Origin: Hydrolagus colliei
Taxonomy: Eukaryota
Reading direction: 5' to 3'
NCBI GenBank assembly: GCA_035084275.1
Contig: CM068750.1
Location: forward strand, 7,192,001-7,256,000
DNA: 64,000 nt
A model generated the notes under the pieces. That model made no database searches, had not been told where the DNA came from, and saw nothing but the letters and a program-made list of their open reading frames with translations. The position numbers and the translations under genes are program-made. The first letter of the stretch is position 1. Each line of letters starts with the position of its first letter. Below are positions 10,421-23,830 of this stretch, piece after piece.

Positions 10421-12211
10421 GTTACAGATGGGGATTCCACCAAGGCTGTTCTCGATTACTGCTAGGTAAACTGTGCTGGATAATATGCATTTGAAGACAA
10501 CTGGATGATCTTACTCGGATGATGCCAGGAAGAATCTCGGCTGTGATACCATGCCTCTCGCATTCACTTGCTTTGAGACTCATCCTGTAAGTTAATACAT
10601 GAAGATTGGTCTCTTGAGCTACAACCCAGTTCTTTGCCTTCAGGAGAACAGAGCAAATAATACAAAGAAAATGCAACTTCGTTCACAGGTAGCAGACAAT
10701 TTCGAAAAGGAAGACTGACCATTGGTACTCTTCCTAAGATGAACTGCAGTATTAAAATTAATTATCTTTTGACAGCTTTTGCTTCTTCCTTCAGTATTTC
10801 TGTAGACCTTTATGAATACGTTTAAACATGAAAAGCTGATGACATTGCCGTGGAAACTGGATTGTGAGAGATTCTGAGTATGAAAGTGTGAGGGAGTGGA
10901 GCTGTCAAGTCTTTAAAGTCAGTTGCCGACGAACCTGCAAGTTAATGATTGTATGTTCACTGACATTAACTCAAATTCCCTCACGCTGTCAGCAGCTCCT
11001 CCAAATCAGGTCCCTACATGATATCATTAGCGCTCCCTGTTCAAATAAACCGATTCAGAAACACTCAGAAATGCACGGTGAAACAAAGGGAAAATTACAA
11101 TTAAGAATAATTCATTTTAAAGGCTTGATTCTTTAAAAGCCGCCCACCCCCACAACCCACATTCACACAAATAAAACCCCCTATTACCTAGATTAACCAT
11201 TTATGTTGATTTAGTGGGTATCTTGTTACTGCATGAAATACTCCAACATGTTTTGCGGAGTAAAACATTTTATCGGATCAAAATCATATTAACATTTACA
11301 TGACATTTTGGCAAAACAATGTGGAAACATCAGGTCGTATTTCTTCAACCACAATTCCTTTTTCAAAATTCTGTTTTTCATTTATTAAAATTGTCGAATG
11401 TGTACTGGAATACCCTTGAGACTGAGGTTCATTGTCTGACTTGGAAAAAAAATTGCAGAACTCATAAGCACAGCAAACAAGAGAAAATCAAAATACAAGT
11501 GCTTATCGTTGTTACATTACGACTTCAACATGTTTGAAGAGCACAGATAAATTAAACACAACTCAATCGGTTGCCTATCACATACTTTTGAATGCAGCAG
11601 ACTTTAACCCACCCACTCCCCATTTAATGTATTTCAGATGCTTATAGACCTTCCAGCATTTATTTCTGTGTATCTTCACATTTCAGATCTCCATCTCACT
11701 GTCTCGTATTGAAATACATTATTACACTGATCACTGGGCAAACAAATAACCTTGTGGCTATATTACATATTTGCACAGGTGAAATTTTTCCTCCTTTGAC
11801 CCCACACTTTCTGTGAAATGGGGCTACACAAAAAATCTAACCAAAACACATGACTTTGGCATTCTGCGCACATGTACTCAAAACCATTGCAAGATTGTTG
11901 CGCAACCCAGCAACATTAAAAAAATGTTCTGTTCAGTCTTTCAAGAGGCTGTCAGAGTGCTTTCAACAGACTTGGGCGAGCAAGCCTAGTGCAAATGCAC
12001 CCGCCAGATTTATATAACAATAAACTCTGGATAACTCAACCCTGGTTTCACTTGTAACTACCACTTAAGTTGCCATGTTCTCAGTATCCTGCCTTCTTTT
12101 CATGCAAACTGTTAGTAAGGGAGTTCACTTTACTGCTTAACTCGTAATCGATTGCATTCTGGAAATTCTTATAAGCATTTACAATATAAATTAATTGGAG
12201 AACTGGTCCTA

Positions 12212-12290
12212 TAACAACAACAAAATTACATTTGTATACCGACTTTCACGTTGGGAGGGAGGATCTCCCAAAGCACTGGCTGGACAGACA
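12212..12290 (-). mobile_element. L2 3' tail
   Basis: aacaacaacaaaattacatttgtataccgactttcacgttgggagg. Confidence 0.8.
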
Positions 12291-14349
12291 GTATTTTTGA
12301 ATAGTATTTTTTAATTAGTCAGTATTTTTTAATAAGATGATGTCTTGCGTTGCAGAGGCAATCTGGATATGTGCCCCCAACCTCTGCTGAGCAAACACAC
12401 AAAGTCACAGTGCCCCTTTATGCCCAGGAGGACCTATGCATAACTCGCAATTCCAGATAACTATTTGCTGAACTCTTTTCCATTGGAGGGACAAGTTAGT
12501 CCAGAATTTACTATATGTGAATGCAAATTGCATTGCTGCCGATATCATCTCCTGGTGGTGTTAGGGTAGGACTCCAGAGTGAATTATGTAGTTTGAACCT
12601 CACTTTATCCTGTACAAAAAAGGAGGGTAAATTGCTACCAAGCATGAATTGTAAACACACAACGTGAGAACGTATTCGAAATGAAAGCTCTACTTCCCTG
12701 TAGGTTATATTTTCATAAAATACCAGTGGATAAAATTTGAAGGTAATAATCTTAAATACAAGTTTAACTCCCAACAGTAGTCAGGTATGAACTTTCTGTT
12801 TTATTGTTCTTAGTCTCTAACAGTGGTACTATTGACTGAAACAAAAGACAGAAGGGGCGAAAGGAGATAAATGATGAAGCATTATACAAAAGCGGGATTA
12901 CAAATGACAAAGGAATTAAATGGTTTAGTTATTACCTTAATATAGACAGCTCCATTGTGCTGCTGCGGTTCATAGTCATCAAATTCCATACTTTTATTGA
13001 GTACTGATTGTAGAAACGTAATGCGAAGCTTATAAATATAGACTCTGATGTCTGCATCATTTTACAATTCAGTATTCGTGCCCAATATGTGTTCTTTTGT
13101 ATGAAAGAAAGCTTGCATTTATACTATGCTTTAACCCACAGTCGATTCAACACAAGCCTTTTATTTTCCCTTTGTGTTACAAAAAGATGATCACCCGAGT
13201 CAAGCTGGACTTTGGACATTTCCATTAAATTTGCTAAAAACATAGAACCTGTGGTCCTCTTCCTGATAGTTTCCTGCACTGGTTTAAAAGTAGTTACCTG
13301 CTTCAGGTGCCTCTTTGTTTCACATCAATGTCTACATTCCATCCAAAAAAACAGATGACCCAAAGTAAAAATGTTGTAACTGTATTACTCCACAACCCTT
13401 CACAGTGCTAGCACCAACACAGTCTCTTACAAGCTGCTGGCATGCACTCATTAACTGCAGCAAATACTGTACTATGTATGTTATGCATATGGAAGTCTTT
13501 AAATGAAAAGCAGCATCTTTCAGTGATGTAAACAAAGCAGTTTAGACTATGCCAAGAGGAGATAAATGCACATTTCAGTACTTAAACACAAATAGGTGAT
13601 CAAGATCATTGCAATTTATCTCAGCCTACAAGGTTTAGGATCAATTTAAGTTTTTCCATAGTTTGTATTTATATATTTAGAAATTTAAAAGCTATTATTT
13701 TGTCATTATGCTGCTTTGCTAGTTCCGTGAATCATTGAAACTGCAGACATATAAAGATTGTGAAGTTGGTGGTTCAATAACATTATTAAGACACCCAAAT
13801 AGGAGTTAATGTCTCCAATTCCCACTATATTACTGCAGTCCAATGTCAGCCTTATCCTCGTGAGGAAATTCAGGATTGAGCTTAAACCATTTTTTCCCCT
13901 TGGAAAATCAACTTTTACAAATTTTCTGGTAAGTTAATGTCTCCACAAACCTAACCCTCCACCACTACATTGGATTTCAAAATCCATACCATTAACTGAA
14001 TTATCAGCTGCCTTAGAAACCTATGATACTTATTGCAGGTGCATCAGCATAGATCATTGCCAATTCATTCATTCTAATAACATTGCACTTCTCACAATCT
14101 GGATTCAGTAATAAATGGATTGTGATCCCATTGGACTATAATTGGTTTCCTTGCTTTGCTCAGACCAATGCAAACAAGCTATTGTTTTTTCAGGTTTTTG
14201 TCATTAAAAGTGCGAGCGAAGAATGTTGAAAGAACATTTCAAAGAAATGGTATTAAAATCCACATGAGAGTCTTTCATTCCAAAGGAAGTACAGTAGTTC
14301 TGGCTTCTAAAGAGACTAACAATCCAATTGAATGGTATAAACTTTGAAA

Positions 14350-14578
14350 CATTCAATAAATAAAGAAATGGAGAGTCAGGTTCATGGAGGTACAAGCTCA
14401 TTAGAAAAATTCACAGAAGCCAGTTTTCAGAAGAGATCCTGCAAGCACTTGTGGACACTGTAATGGAGCAACGTTGGCAAGATATTTATTGGGAAGGGAT
14501 GCAATCTAACATGCAAAGGCAAGAAGTGTGGAACCATATGGTAGAAAAGGACAATGATGCTCCCCTTAGTACTTTGTG
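14350..14578 (+). mobile_element. Degraded CR1-like 3' region
   Basis: Weak similarity to CR1 ORF2 end and 3'UTR (catggaggtacaagctcattagaaaa...gggaagggat). Confidence 0.35.
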
Positions 14579-14584
14579 AGCATA

Positions 14585-14833
14585 GGGTAGGAAATCAGTT
14601 GTTAGTGGATTGGTTGATCGCTTTTCCGGGGGGGTAATAATTCCTACAAATAAATAATAAATTGGTCACTCAATCCATGACTATTTGTGGGACACTGCTA
14701 CGTGCAATTGGCTGCCACTTTTCGCCCACAAAATATACAGTCAATTCACTTTACAGTAAATTTTGTGAAGTGCTTTGAGACATCACAAAGACTTGTTAAG
14801 GCGTAATATAAAATGCAAAGGTTATTATTATTA
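14585..14833 (+). mobile_element. SINE family A, long variant, 5'-truncated
   Basis: gattggttgatcgcttttccgg segment shared with 428-795; standard body and (TTA)n tail. Confidence 0.85.
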
Positions 14834-17800
14834 TATTTATTATATTTATGCCCTCTGGGGGAAGAAACAAATCTTTGCACTATAGACTTCACTCGACTGT
14901 AATAGTGATACTTTAAAATCTTCCTCTTCATTCAGCTCACTACATTGGGAGTGACCTTTTGTTAAGCACGCATTTTCAATGAGCCTACTGAGCCACACAA
15001 TAGTCTTCACAGTCTAAATTGTCTCTTTTTCGAGTGCCTTGCATTCTAGCTTCCGAGGGATAAGAATGCTAAACGTGGACAATCAGTCCACGGGCGCAAT
15101 CTTCTGACATTCCATCTGGTTACGCACATCTGCATTGCTGCAAAAAAATTAGCAACCACAGGAATGTCTGGCTCCTTGTGCAAACAACAGATCTGCACAA
15201 GATATCAGCAACAGTTTGTATTTTAACTGATGAAACACTTGTTACCTGTACGCGAGCAGTGAGAATTTTAATCTCAATCTAAATTGCAGGTAGTGTGGAA
15301 GCAACAGCCAACTACTGTGAGTAGCTCTCGCTACCATATGAATTAGTGATTCCTTGACCAATAGGAGGTGTTTATATTTCTGTTCCCTTGTGCCAGTGGA
15401 TAAGCATATCAGTGCTCTTCATTACACTACATGAGTCACTCTATTATTAGTGCGCTTTATAATCAATCTTTATGGCTGCAAATTGCATACCTTAGTTGAT
15501 GGAAAATAACAAAGGCGCAAGTGTGTGTGACACTTTCTATCTTATCTTCTATAATTGATTCATTGTCTTTTAGCTGCACAAGAGCACAATCAGAGGCCCC
15601 AGATTTACCTCTGGGTGTCAGGATTCAAAACAAAACTATCATCTTGGCTTAGTATGCATCAGTGGTCAGTGGCAATGTGCCATTAATTTGACATATAAAA
15701 TGTACGCTGAGCTTGGTTATGTGGGGCAGAAATATATTCCAAGAATCTGTCAAGTAAAATTCAAACATTTCCTGGTGCAGGGCTGGAAATACTCCAGAAT
15801 TAACCATTCTTAAAGTGATAAGTGTCAGCAATAACTTTGCAGAATAGTACTGTATGTGTTATTGCTTACAACACATAGCTGAATTAATTTGTTTCTTGAA
15901 TTTTCACATACCAAACATAATTTTTGGTTCACATGGATGAACCAGGCCAAAGCATATTCCAACGATCCCCACACCATCTAAATTCAGATGGGACATCTTC
16001 TATCAAGGTACATCGTCTCTTTGCAGTGAAGCAGCTGAGACAGAAAATTCAACATAAATTATACCAACAAGCCCATAAATCCTCAACACCACCAGCCACA
16101 TGATTATTAGTGTATTGCAGCGCCAATTGCTTTGCCACTTTGCAAACATTACCTTTTTTTTAAAAAAGCATATTTTTCTACGCTTCACTTATTTATTGTG
16201 TGAGAAGGTGAGCAAGTAACTTTTGTCCTGGCTTCTGTAAATGCCATATCAATGACTGTCTGCTAAGAAGTGTGAAAACATTGGCCAACTGTTTCTCCCT
16301 TTGACGTTCTCTCCATTGCTGGTGGCAAATTCCTGACTTATGATCAATGCTCCCATGTCTCCTCACTGCACAACAGACAAGTATAACAATTCAGCATGTG
16401 AAGAATCCTGTTGCATGGACTATGTACTTGTACTACCATGTGATTTAATGCTCAACAATGGGCCTGGTTGTTTAGTAAGTCATTACGTGGCTGGTGGTGT
16501 TATGAGGAATATTAGACCCAGTTACAATACTGTGATAAAGATTCTTAACTCTAGTGGTTTAACGTGAGTCACAATGGTTTAATAAGTATTGCCCTTATAA
16601 TTTAAAATCACTTTGATTAAAGTGATCCCATGTTGTCTTCAAATCATTCCGCTCACCTGAATTTTTCACTCCTATTATAATGCCTTTTCAGATTGCTGGA
16701 CTTTTCTAAGCATATGTTCCAAATCTAGTGTATAACAACACTTTATAGATTACTGTCCAGTACTGGCATTTACAATATACGCATGTTAGTACTGTAAGGC
16801 AGTACATAAAATGTTGTCATCCACCGGCAGTTAGCATTAAACATCAGGACCAACAGTAAAATGTTATACAATACTTTGGGGAGCATTATGTGGTAATTTC
16901 AATCATACTTCATGAGACTTGTGTTATACCATTTCCCGCTGTTATGAAGTGGGTTTTGGCTGGTTTTCAAAAACACCAGATTAAAATTAGGGTTTTACTA
17001 TACACCCCCCGTTCTGAATTATTACATTTTGGCAAATTCTCGAACATCAGTTATGTTAGAAAATTTACTTCAGCAGTTAAAATACTGATGCATAATATGG
17101 TCATTGCAAACTTCCTGCAATTATTACATTGACTGCTATTGTATTTGGCCCTGAAATTCTGTCCAGTCCTGCTTTTAACAAAAGATTTCAGGCAAAACTA
17201 AATAATATCAAAATCGTGCATTTAGATTAGTTCAAAAACACTCTGAGTATGAAACATTATTGCAGACTAATGTTCATTTCTACTACAGTTTTTTTTTAGC
17301 TCAGACAACTGATATACCAGCTCCAGTATTTTATAAATTTGTCTTTCAATTCCTGAAGTGCAAGAGAAAGTAATCATAGGTCAGGTTTGTGACTTTCACA
17401 GATGTAATTGTACAAGAGTTCTTCTTTCAGGACTGAATTCCCCGGTGTTCAAATGTAAATATTGAATTACATATTTTTCTGCCACATTCAACTTTATTTA
17501 TTTGGATAGAAGTCATTTGCCACAACTATTGGCAGGCAATATACATTGACTAAACATTTTAGAACCATTATAATGCACAAATGACAGGATATAGCTCTGA
17601 ACTACGAAGAAACTGGCAGAATTTCACTTCATTAAGAAGAAGCTGAGAAAGGGCAAATGATGAAAGACACAGAAAGAGAAAAATGTGTTTCATATTATGT
17701 TTGTAGTCCTTTTATTAACATCTTTGGTAAATAAAATATCCATACCCCCTGAAAATCACATATGAAACCCTCGGTCTTCATCTTAGATGTACATATTCCA

Positions 17801-17914
17801 GCTTAGCTATAAATGGCATGATTCCCCAAAAGACTTAGGGCAGTTAAACATGTTTTGAACATGTACCCAATCTGTACAACCCACCTTGAGAAGGACAGTT
17901 GCTATAGATAACCT

Positions 17915-18135
17915 CTGCAACCCCTAGCCTTTGGAATTCTCTCCCTCGGTCCCACTGTCTCTCCCCCTTTACATCTTTCTTCACATCCAGCTCTAAAGCT
18001 TACCTCGATGGTGTCTATGGTCTCCTCCTTCCTACCTCGCCCTTCCCCACCTGCTCAGTGTCTACTTTTCCATTGTAAAGTATTCCGAGACCTTATTCTA
18101 CTATAAGGGGACTGTAATAAATGCAAGTTGTTGTC
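17915..18135 (+). mobile_element. Old L2 3' end
   Basis: ctttggaattctctccct (LWNSLP), aaagcttacctc, tail ataaatgcaagttgttg. Confidence 0.75.
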
Positions 18136-18885
18136 AGTGTTATTGTTGAGATTGTGGGATTGTTGAAAACCATGCTCACTCACCTGAAATTCAAGGTTAT
18201 GTTCGAACTAGTCGTTTGAAATGTGGCTTTCAAGTCAACTGAATCAAAACAGGCACAAGGAAAACTTAAACGTCATCTGTAGAAGCTTCAGCCTAGTTTC
18301 ACTCCCGCTGGGAGTGAAAAAGTAATTGCTTACTGAAGAACTGTTGGTGCTTCACCCCGCTCATCCATTTCAACATCTGCTGTGAACCAGTCTTCGCATG
18401 TAATACTGATACAAGTGTGAGGAATCCTGAAGAAATCAACAATCAATTATGAGTGCATAATTTCAATATTCCACACATCAAATGCACGTATAATGTTGCT
18501 CTTTTCAGCAGGTTCAAAAGTAAAGTAGTCTTTTGCTCCTGGACTCAGTAATGCTGGGAAGACAACTGGACTCGAAGACTCCATTCTTCTCAAGGCTGCC
18601 TATCTTCTCCACACTGGAGAAATGTAATCAGGCTGTCAGTCTGTTCAGAGGTTTTGAAAAGAGCGAGCAGCACCTTGAGAGTAGCTAATCCTTGAGCAGC
18701 ACTTTTCTGTTTTTGCTGGGAAAACAAAACCTTCTATCGGCTCGTCGATAGTTTAAATGGCATGTTCACAGCACAGGATAAAACAGAGCCGTACAGAACA
18801 GAATATCCTAGGTTTATTGCTTGATGGGAGTTTAGTATTTGAAGCTAATTTTGTACTACAAAGCCGTTTGCCAATCTAGGTGGCA

Positions 18886-19092
18886 TAATAATAATAATAA
18901 TCCTTGGCATTTTGCTACAGCGTTTTTCATGTCTTCTAGACGTCTCAAAGCACCTCACAGAATGTACTGTAAAGTGAATTGATTGTATATTTGTGGGCGA
19001 AACGCAGCAGCCGCTTGCACACAGCAGTGTCCCACAAACAGTAATGGATTGATACAACCAATTTTATTATTGTGTTTTTTGGGGGAGGAGTT
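18886..19092 (-). mobile_element. SINE family A, 3' half
   Basis: (TAA)n followed by tctagacgtctcaaagcac...gcacacagcagtgtcccacaaacag. Confidence 0.9.
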
Positions 19093-20314
19093 ATAATATA
19101 GTTGTGTGGAAGATATTGGGGTGTCAGTGTAGTTTCCCGGCTTGTAAAACATCAAAAAAGGTGACAGGCACATTTCAATGTATATTTTTAAAAAATCATG
19201 CATTGCCTACATTTATTAGTAAAGGTAGCTACTGTGTGAATCTAGTACTGAAGGTCTTGTTTTGACCTTTGTTAGCCTGCTAATAAATGACCTGAGCTAC
19301 AACCAAAGCATAAATTCAGTAGGGTTTTGACAACCACTGTAAGCTGAATTCGATAAGATGCAACAAGTATTTTAAGAGACTGAGGAATGTGACATACCCA
19401 GCACTTATGGAGATGTTCTCTCCTCTAAAGTCCTATCTAGGTGATAGGCGAGGTTGTGCCTGCTTTTATCTTTACTTAAGTGTACAAACTGCAGAAGATC
19501 AAGTGGCCCTCACAGTCACCACTCGTTAGAAGATTATGTTCCCGCGTGATAAGCAGAAAGTCGGAAATTAGTTATCAATTCGGAAGTGATAGCTGTGTTT
19601 ATCATGAGTGTTGGAAATCCTATCAGGGACACAATCTGAAAACAGTTGCGTTTTCCAATGGGGGAGAACCAAACCTTTTTGAAACCAAGGGAGCATTTCA
19701 TTATAAGACTATTCAAAGTCCCCTGCTCTTTGGCAAGGTGCCGTTATCTAGCTTAAGCATGTAATCATCTAGAAAAATGTATAATCACAGGGAAAAATGT
19801 ACAAGCATTTTCTTGAAATATAGTTTGTAAAGACCTAATTTATAACAGTGATTGTTTGTGTTACAGACTCTTGGCATGTAAGGTTAACAAGAACTTGCTG
19901 TTCCTTTGCCAGCCTAGTTAATCAACAGGGCCTTGTGTGCACTATGGCTGATGCAGTCTGCACAACAATGCAAGCCTTTTCTAACCAACAGTGCCATTAA
20001 GATAGCAGAGCAGCTTGCTATTTAATCTGTCATTGTTCTTATTGGCAGATTTTGTTGCTGTCACTGTACCACATCAAAACATTTTTTTGCTATCAGATTA
20101 TACAGCTCTACGTTGAGCTTGATTGCTCAGTCATATGACAATGCTGGCCACTATCGTAAAACTATGTTAAAAGCTCTCTGCTTGTGCACGAAGGAAACTA
20201 CTGCAGCTTCAAAACCATCAGGACAGGTGTACACACACACACACCACGTTACGTTTACTACCATTAGATTAGATAGAGCACTTATCGCAAGTAAAGAAGA
20301 AAAATATTTTTGTA

Positions 20315-20425
20315 TCTGGAAAAGCACACACTCTCCTGGCCAGCTGCTTTTATAGTTCCCCCAGCCCGCGGTGACCAGACCTTACGAACATTAAGCAGTG
20401 AGAGGCCGACGCGAAAGCCAATCTT
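20315..20425 (-). promoter_or_regulatory. Candidate Pol II core promoter (TATA + CCAAT)
   Basis: TATAAAAG at 20354-20347 (minus strand), AGCCAATC around 20416-20423, E-box CAGCTG at 20341-20346, six CpGs within 20367-20413 in CpG-depleted surroundings. Confidence 0.4.
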
Positions 20426-20814
20426 TAGAAAAAACGTTTTGACATATCCTGATGAGATACAGAGTAGCTTCATGTGTTTAGAATTCCATGCACCCTTTGT
20501 GAAAAGTTCTATAGATCTTTTCAAACTCCTACAAAATGATTTATAACTCTAAGTATAAATGCCTGTGGGGTTACACTTCAGGGAGAAACTTTAGGGCCAT
20601 TGTACTGCAGCACACCTGCAGATACTGTATACATGGAGGTATTGGCCACAGAAATGAAAGCTTTTTGGCATAAATGTCCCTTCCCTACATCTTTGGAAAC
20701 AGTTTAGCTTGTAATTGAAGTTACAGAGGCACACAAAGAGACAGTATCTCTTCTGTTGTTTGGAGCAACCTGGATTAAAAACATTTTTTTTAAATCGGGC
20801 GTAAGTATTTCAAC

Positions 20815-20888
20815 TTCAACGCTTACACGTTGGGCGTCCTCCCGACGTGAAAGGAGCTCTATAAATGTAATTTTGTTGTTGTTGTTAT
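20815..20888 (+). mobile_element. L2 3' tail, low divergence
   Basis: ttgggcgtcctcccgacgtgaaaggagctctataaatgtaattttgttgttgttgtt. Confidence 0.85.
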
Positions 20889-21706
20889 TATACGCAACAA
20901 CATCATGAAATGATCCAAAATTGAAAGAATAGAAAGTTAAAGATTCCCCCAAATATATTTATATGACGATTCGATTGATGTTTTTACAATTCAATGGACA
21001 TTTTGAGAATGAATGGACTTCACGAATGAGCTCAGGCTATTTTGAGTGGTTCAGCAAAAAGATCTCTCATTTAGGAGCCACAAGTATGAATCCAGATCAT
21101 TTAACTAATAACATGGTTATGGCTAACGGTCATCAGTGGTTTGAACCAGATTAAGATGTTTGTGTTAAACTAGATACAGTATATTGGAATTAGCTGTTGA
21201 ATGAGCCATCAAAATAATGCTTCTATTAGAATTTATTTTTGCTGATTTCACCTTCTGCCTTTTGAATGTTGCAAGTTAGAAATAGTCTGTACATTCTGCG
21301 GGTAATTTTCGCATATGTGGCAAATGTTACTATCTGCTTACTACAGAGCTGACTGTAGTCATTTTAGCAGTGAGCATGTTTTTGATACCAGCCTGCATTC
21401 TCCAACAATAATTTGACGCGCTGGATGATCACCACAGAAGCAGAATCACCAATTAAGCCAATCATTTAAGGGTTGATCTCATTTGAATTAGTCAGCTTTC
21501 TACACTCCACAGTCATGTGTCCTATCCTGGCTACACTTCCAGTCTGCAAATTGACCATGTTTTTAAAAATTATCCATCATTCATCTATTTATGAACATCA
21601 TATCAGGTTCTTTTATTGCTGGAAAACATTCCACTGCTTTGCTGTCTCCCCCTTCAGTGTCTTGGATGGGGGTTGATGAACAGATGTGCCTTTCTAGCTA
21701 CATATA

Positions 21707-22122
21707 GTGCCAGTTTGGCTCAGCTGGTCGTACTCTCGCTTCTAGGTCAATAGGTTGTGGGCTCAAGCCTCACACCAGGAATTGAGCTCATAATCTAGGC
21801 TGACACTGCATCACAGTCCTGCAGGAGTGTTGCATTGTTAGGCGTTCTGTTTTTCAGATGAGAATTTAACTAAATTCCCATCTGCCTATTGAATTCAACA
21901 ACACTATTTTTAAAGAATAGTAGCAATTCCTGGTCAATATTCTACCCTTGTCTAAATTCACTTTTTAAAAAAAAACAGATGAATGCTTGTGCGATGTTGC
22001 TGGTGCAAATTGACAGCTGTATTACACATAACAGCTCACACAACACTCAGAGTAACTCAGAATATGAAGTGTTTCAAGATGTTTAAACTGATATATCAAA
22101 TGCATGTATTAATATTATTATT
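21707..22122 (+). mobile_element. Old Deu-domain SINE, near full length
   Basis: tRNA head ttggctcagctggtcgtactctcgc...gggctcaagcc, then aatctaggctgacact, ttttcagatgag, cctggtcaatatt, gctggtgcaaattgacagc and an L2-like tail. Confidence 0.75.
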
Positions 22123-22754
22123 TTACATCCACCATTTGACATACCTCCCGTCTGCCTCAGTGAAATGAGACTACTGCATTAATTTTCTTTGTTATTTTCT
22201 GTGCTGTTCTAATGCTGGTAATAACACACAGCAAGTTGTACAATCAGCTGACTTGTTTCTGGCTCATTAATCTGGTTGAAGGTTTATTGCAATGCCTTTC
22301 TAATTGGATGGCTTGACTTCCCACTAGCAGTAAATTACTATGCAATATTGTGGACATGTAGAGTTATTGCAGAATTATTGTTCAAAGTATCTTGGCCCAA
22401 AGTACTTACCAGAAAAGAACCACACGTATTGTTTGAATCCTGTCTAGTCTTGAAATATAGTTGGGTAATTGAAAGACAGTGGGTAATTGTTACATTAGAT
22501 AAATATTAATCATATATGTTGATAATGAATTTCTGGATATATATTCAGAACTATATTTGGGAATGTTTAAACGCAAGTCTTTTCCAGCGATGTAGAATTT
22601 ACGTACATTTTTGCAATTAATTTTTCTAAAAGTGTGTAACGGTATACCGATGACAATATAATCTATTTAAAAAAAGAACACAAGCAGCTCACAATTATTA
22701 GCTAAAGATTCTGTTGGTAACTCATATTTCCAATGGTATGATATTTTGTATAGT

Positions 22755-22806
22755 GACAAGATGCTGACCTGCGTGAAGGGTGCTAAATAAATGCAAGTTG
22801 TTGTGG
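22755..22806 (+). mobile_element. L2 3' tail remnant
   Basis: gcgtgaagggtgctaaataaatgcaagttgttg. Confidence 0.6.
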
Positions 22807-23467
22807 TGGTGGTACCTACATTCACAAACCAGATTAATTTTGCCCTGGCTTTTGAACCTCACAAGACGTGTGATTTTGAATATTGGTAAACCAGTCGTTG
22901 CAATTAACACAACAAACATGGCTTGCCAATATCAATTATTTAAATCCAGCACAGACCACATTAAAAAAAATTCTAATCTTTCTTACTTTGAAGGCTTCCG
23001 AGAAATCCTGGTCTATAACAAGTCCCAGAATGTTTCTCTGAGCTCAGCCGATGACTCCACATGAGGAGGAGTGGTTGGTCCTGTCCTATTTATACTGCTG
23101 ACTCTCAGTGGGGTGCATAGCATAAAAAAATTAGCACTTTTTTTGTCGAACAAGCAACTGTACTGACCACCATGTACAAACAAAAACAATTTTCATTCCT
23201 GTCTATTTGGCAAGGCAGACGGAATGGATAAAGCGGATGTGGTAGGTGGAAGCAGCAGATGCTGCCGTCAGAACAGGGAGGATGTGGCCACAGATTTGCC
23301 CAGTAAGCATCGTTATTTTCAGATGATGTTCTGTGGTTTGTACTGCATTTTTTTTTCCCCTGGTGAGATTTGACCTTTGTACATCTTTTCATTTTCTCCC
23401 TTACCCCTTCCATTCATAAAGATCGCACAGGAGTATGGTCCTACTTTCTGATGGTTCCTCATCCAAG

Positions 23468-23830
23468 GATCTGCACCTCATCAGTAAGCCTAGATCTGCT
23501 CCTCATCAGTAAGCCTAGTTAATACACAGCGAGTGTATTAACTTGTGGATTGTCATCACAAGTAAACTTGAACTTATCCAAATATGTGTCCTTTCTAGCA
23601 AGTGGGTGGTGATGGTGGTGTGGGGGGTTGGGGTGGAAGGAAGTGTCATTGAATAATAATCAAAGAGGACAATGTTGCATTTTCCCTCTCCCAATCCAGA
23701 GGTGGTGACTCTAAGTTTCGCATCCTATCATTATCCTTGCCTCAGCGCAGAATCAAACATGGAATCATCCAAGTCTCTGTAGGGTTCAGTTTCACATCAA
23801 GCAATGGTTTTACCATTGGAAGAGTTCAGC
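23468..23830 (-). mobile_element. Family C copy with a local 25-bp tandem duplication
   Basis: agcctagttaatacacagcgagtgt...gtgtcctttctagcaagt...ctcagcgcagaatc is the reverse of family C; gatctgc(a/t)cctcatcagtaagccta occurs twice at the left end. Confidence 0.55.

Noticed and set aside
10836-10866. Second hammerhead-like CTGATGA...GAAA
   Set aside because: Helix II is weak, there is no valid NUH triplet and helix I does not pair
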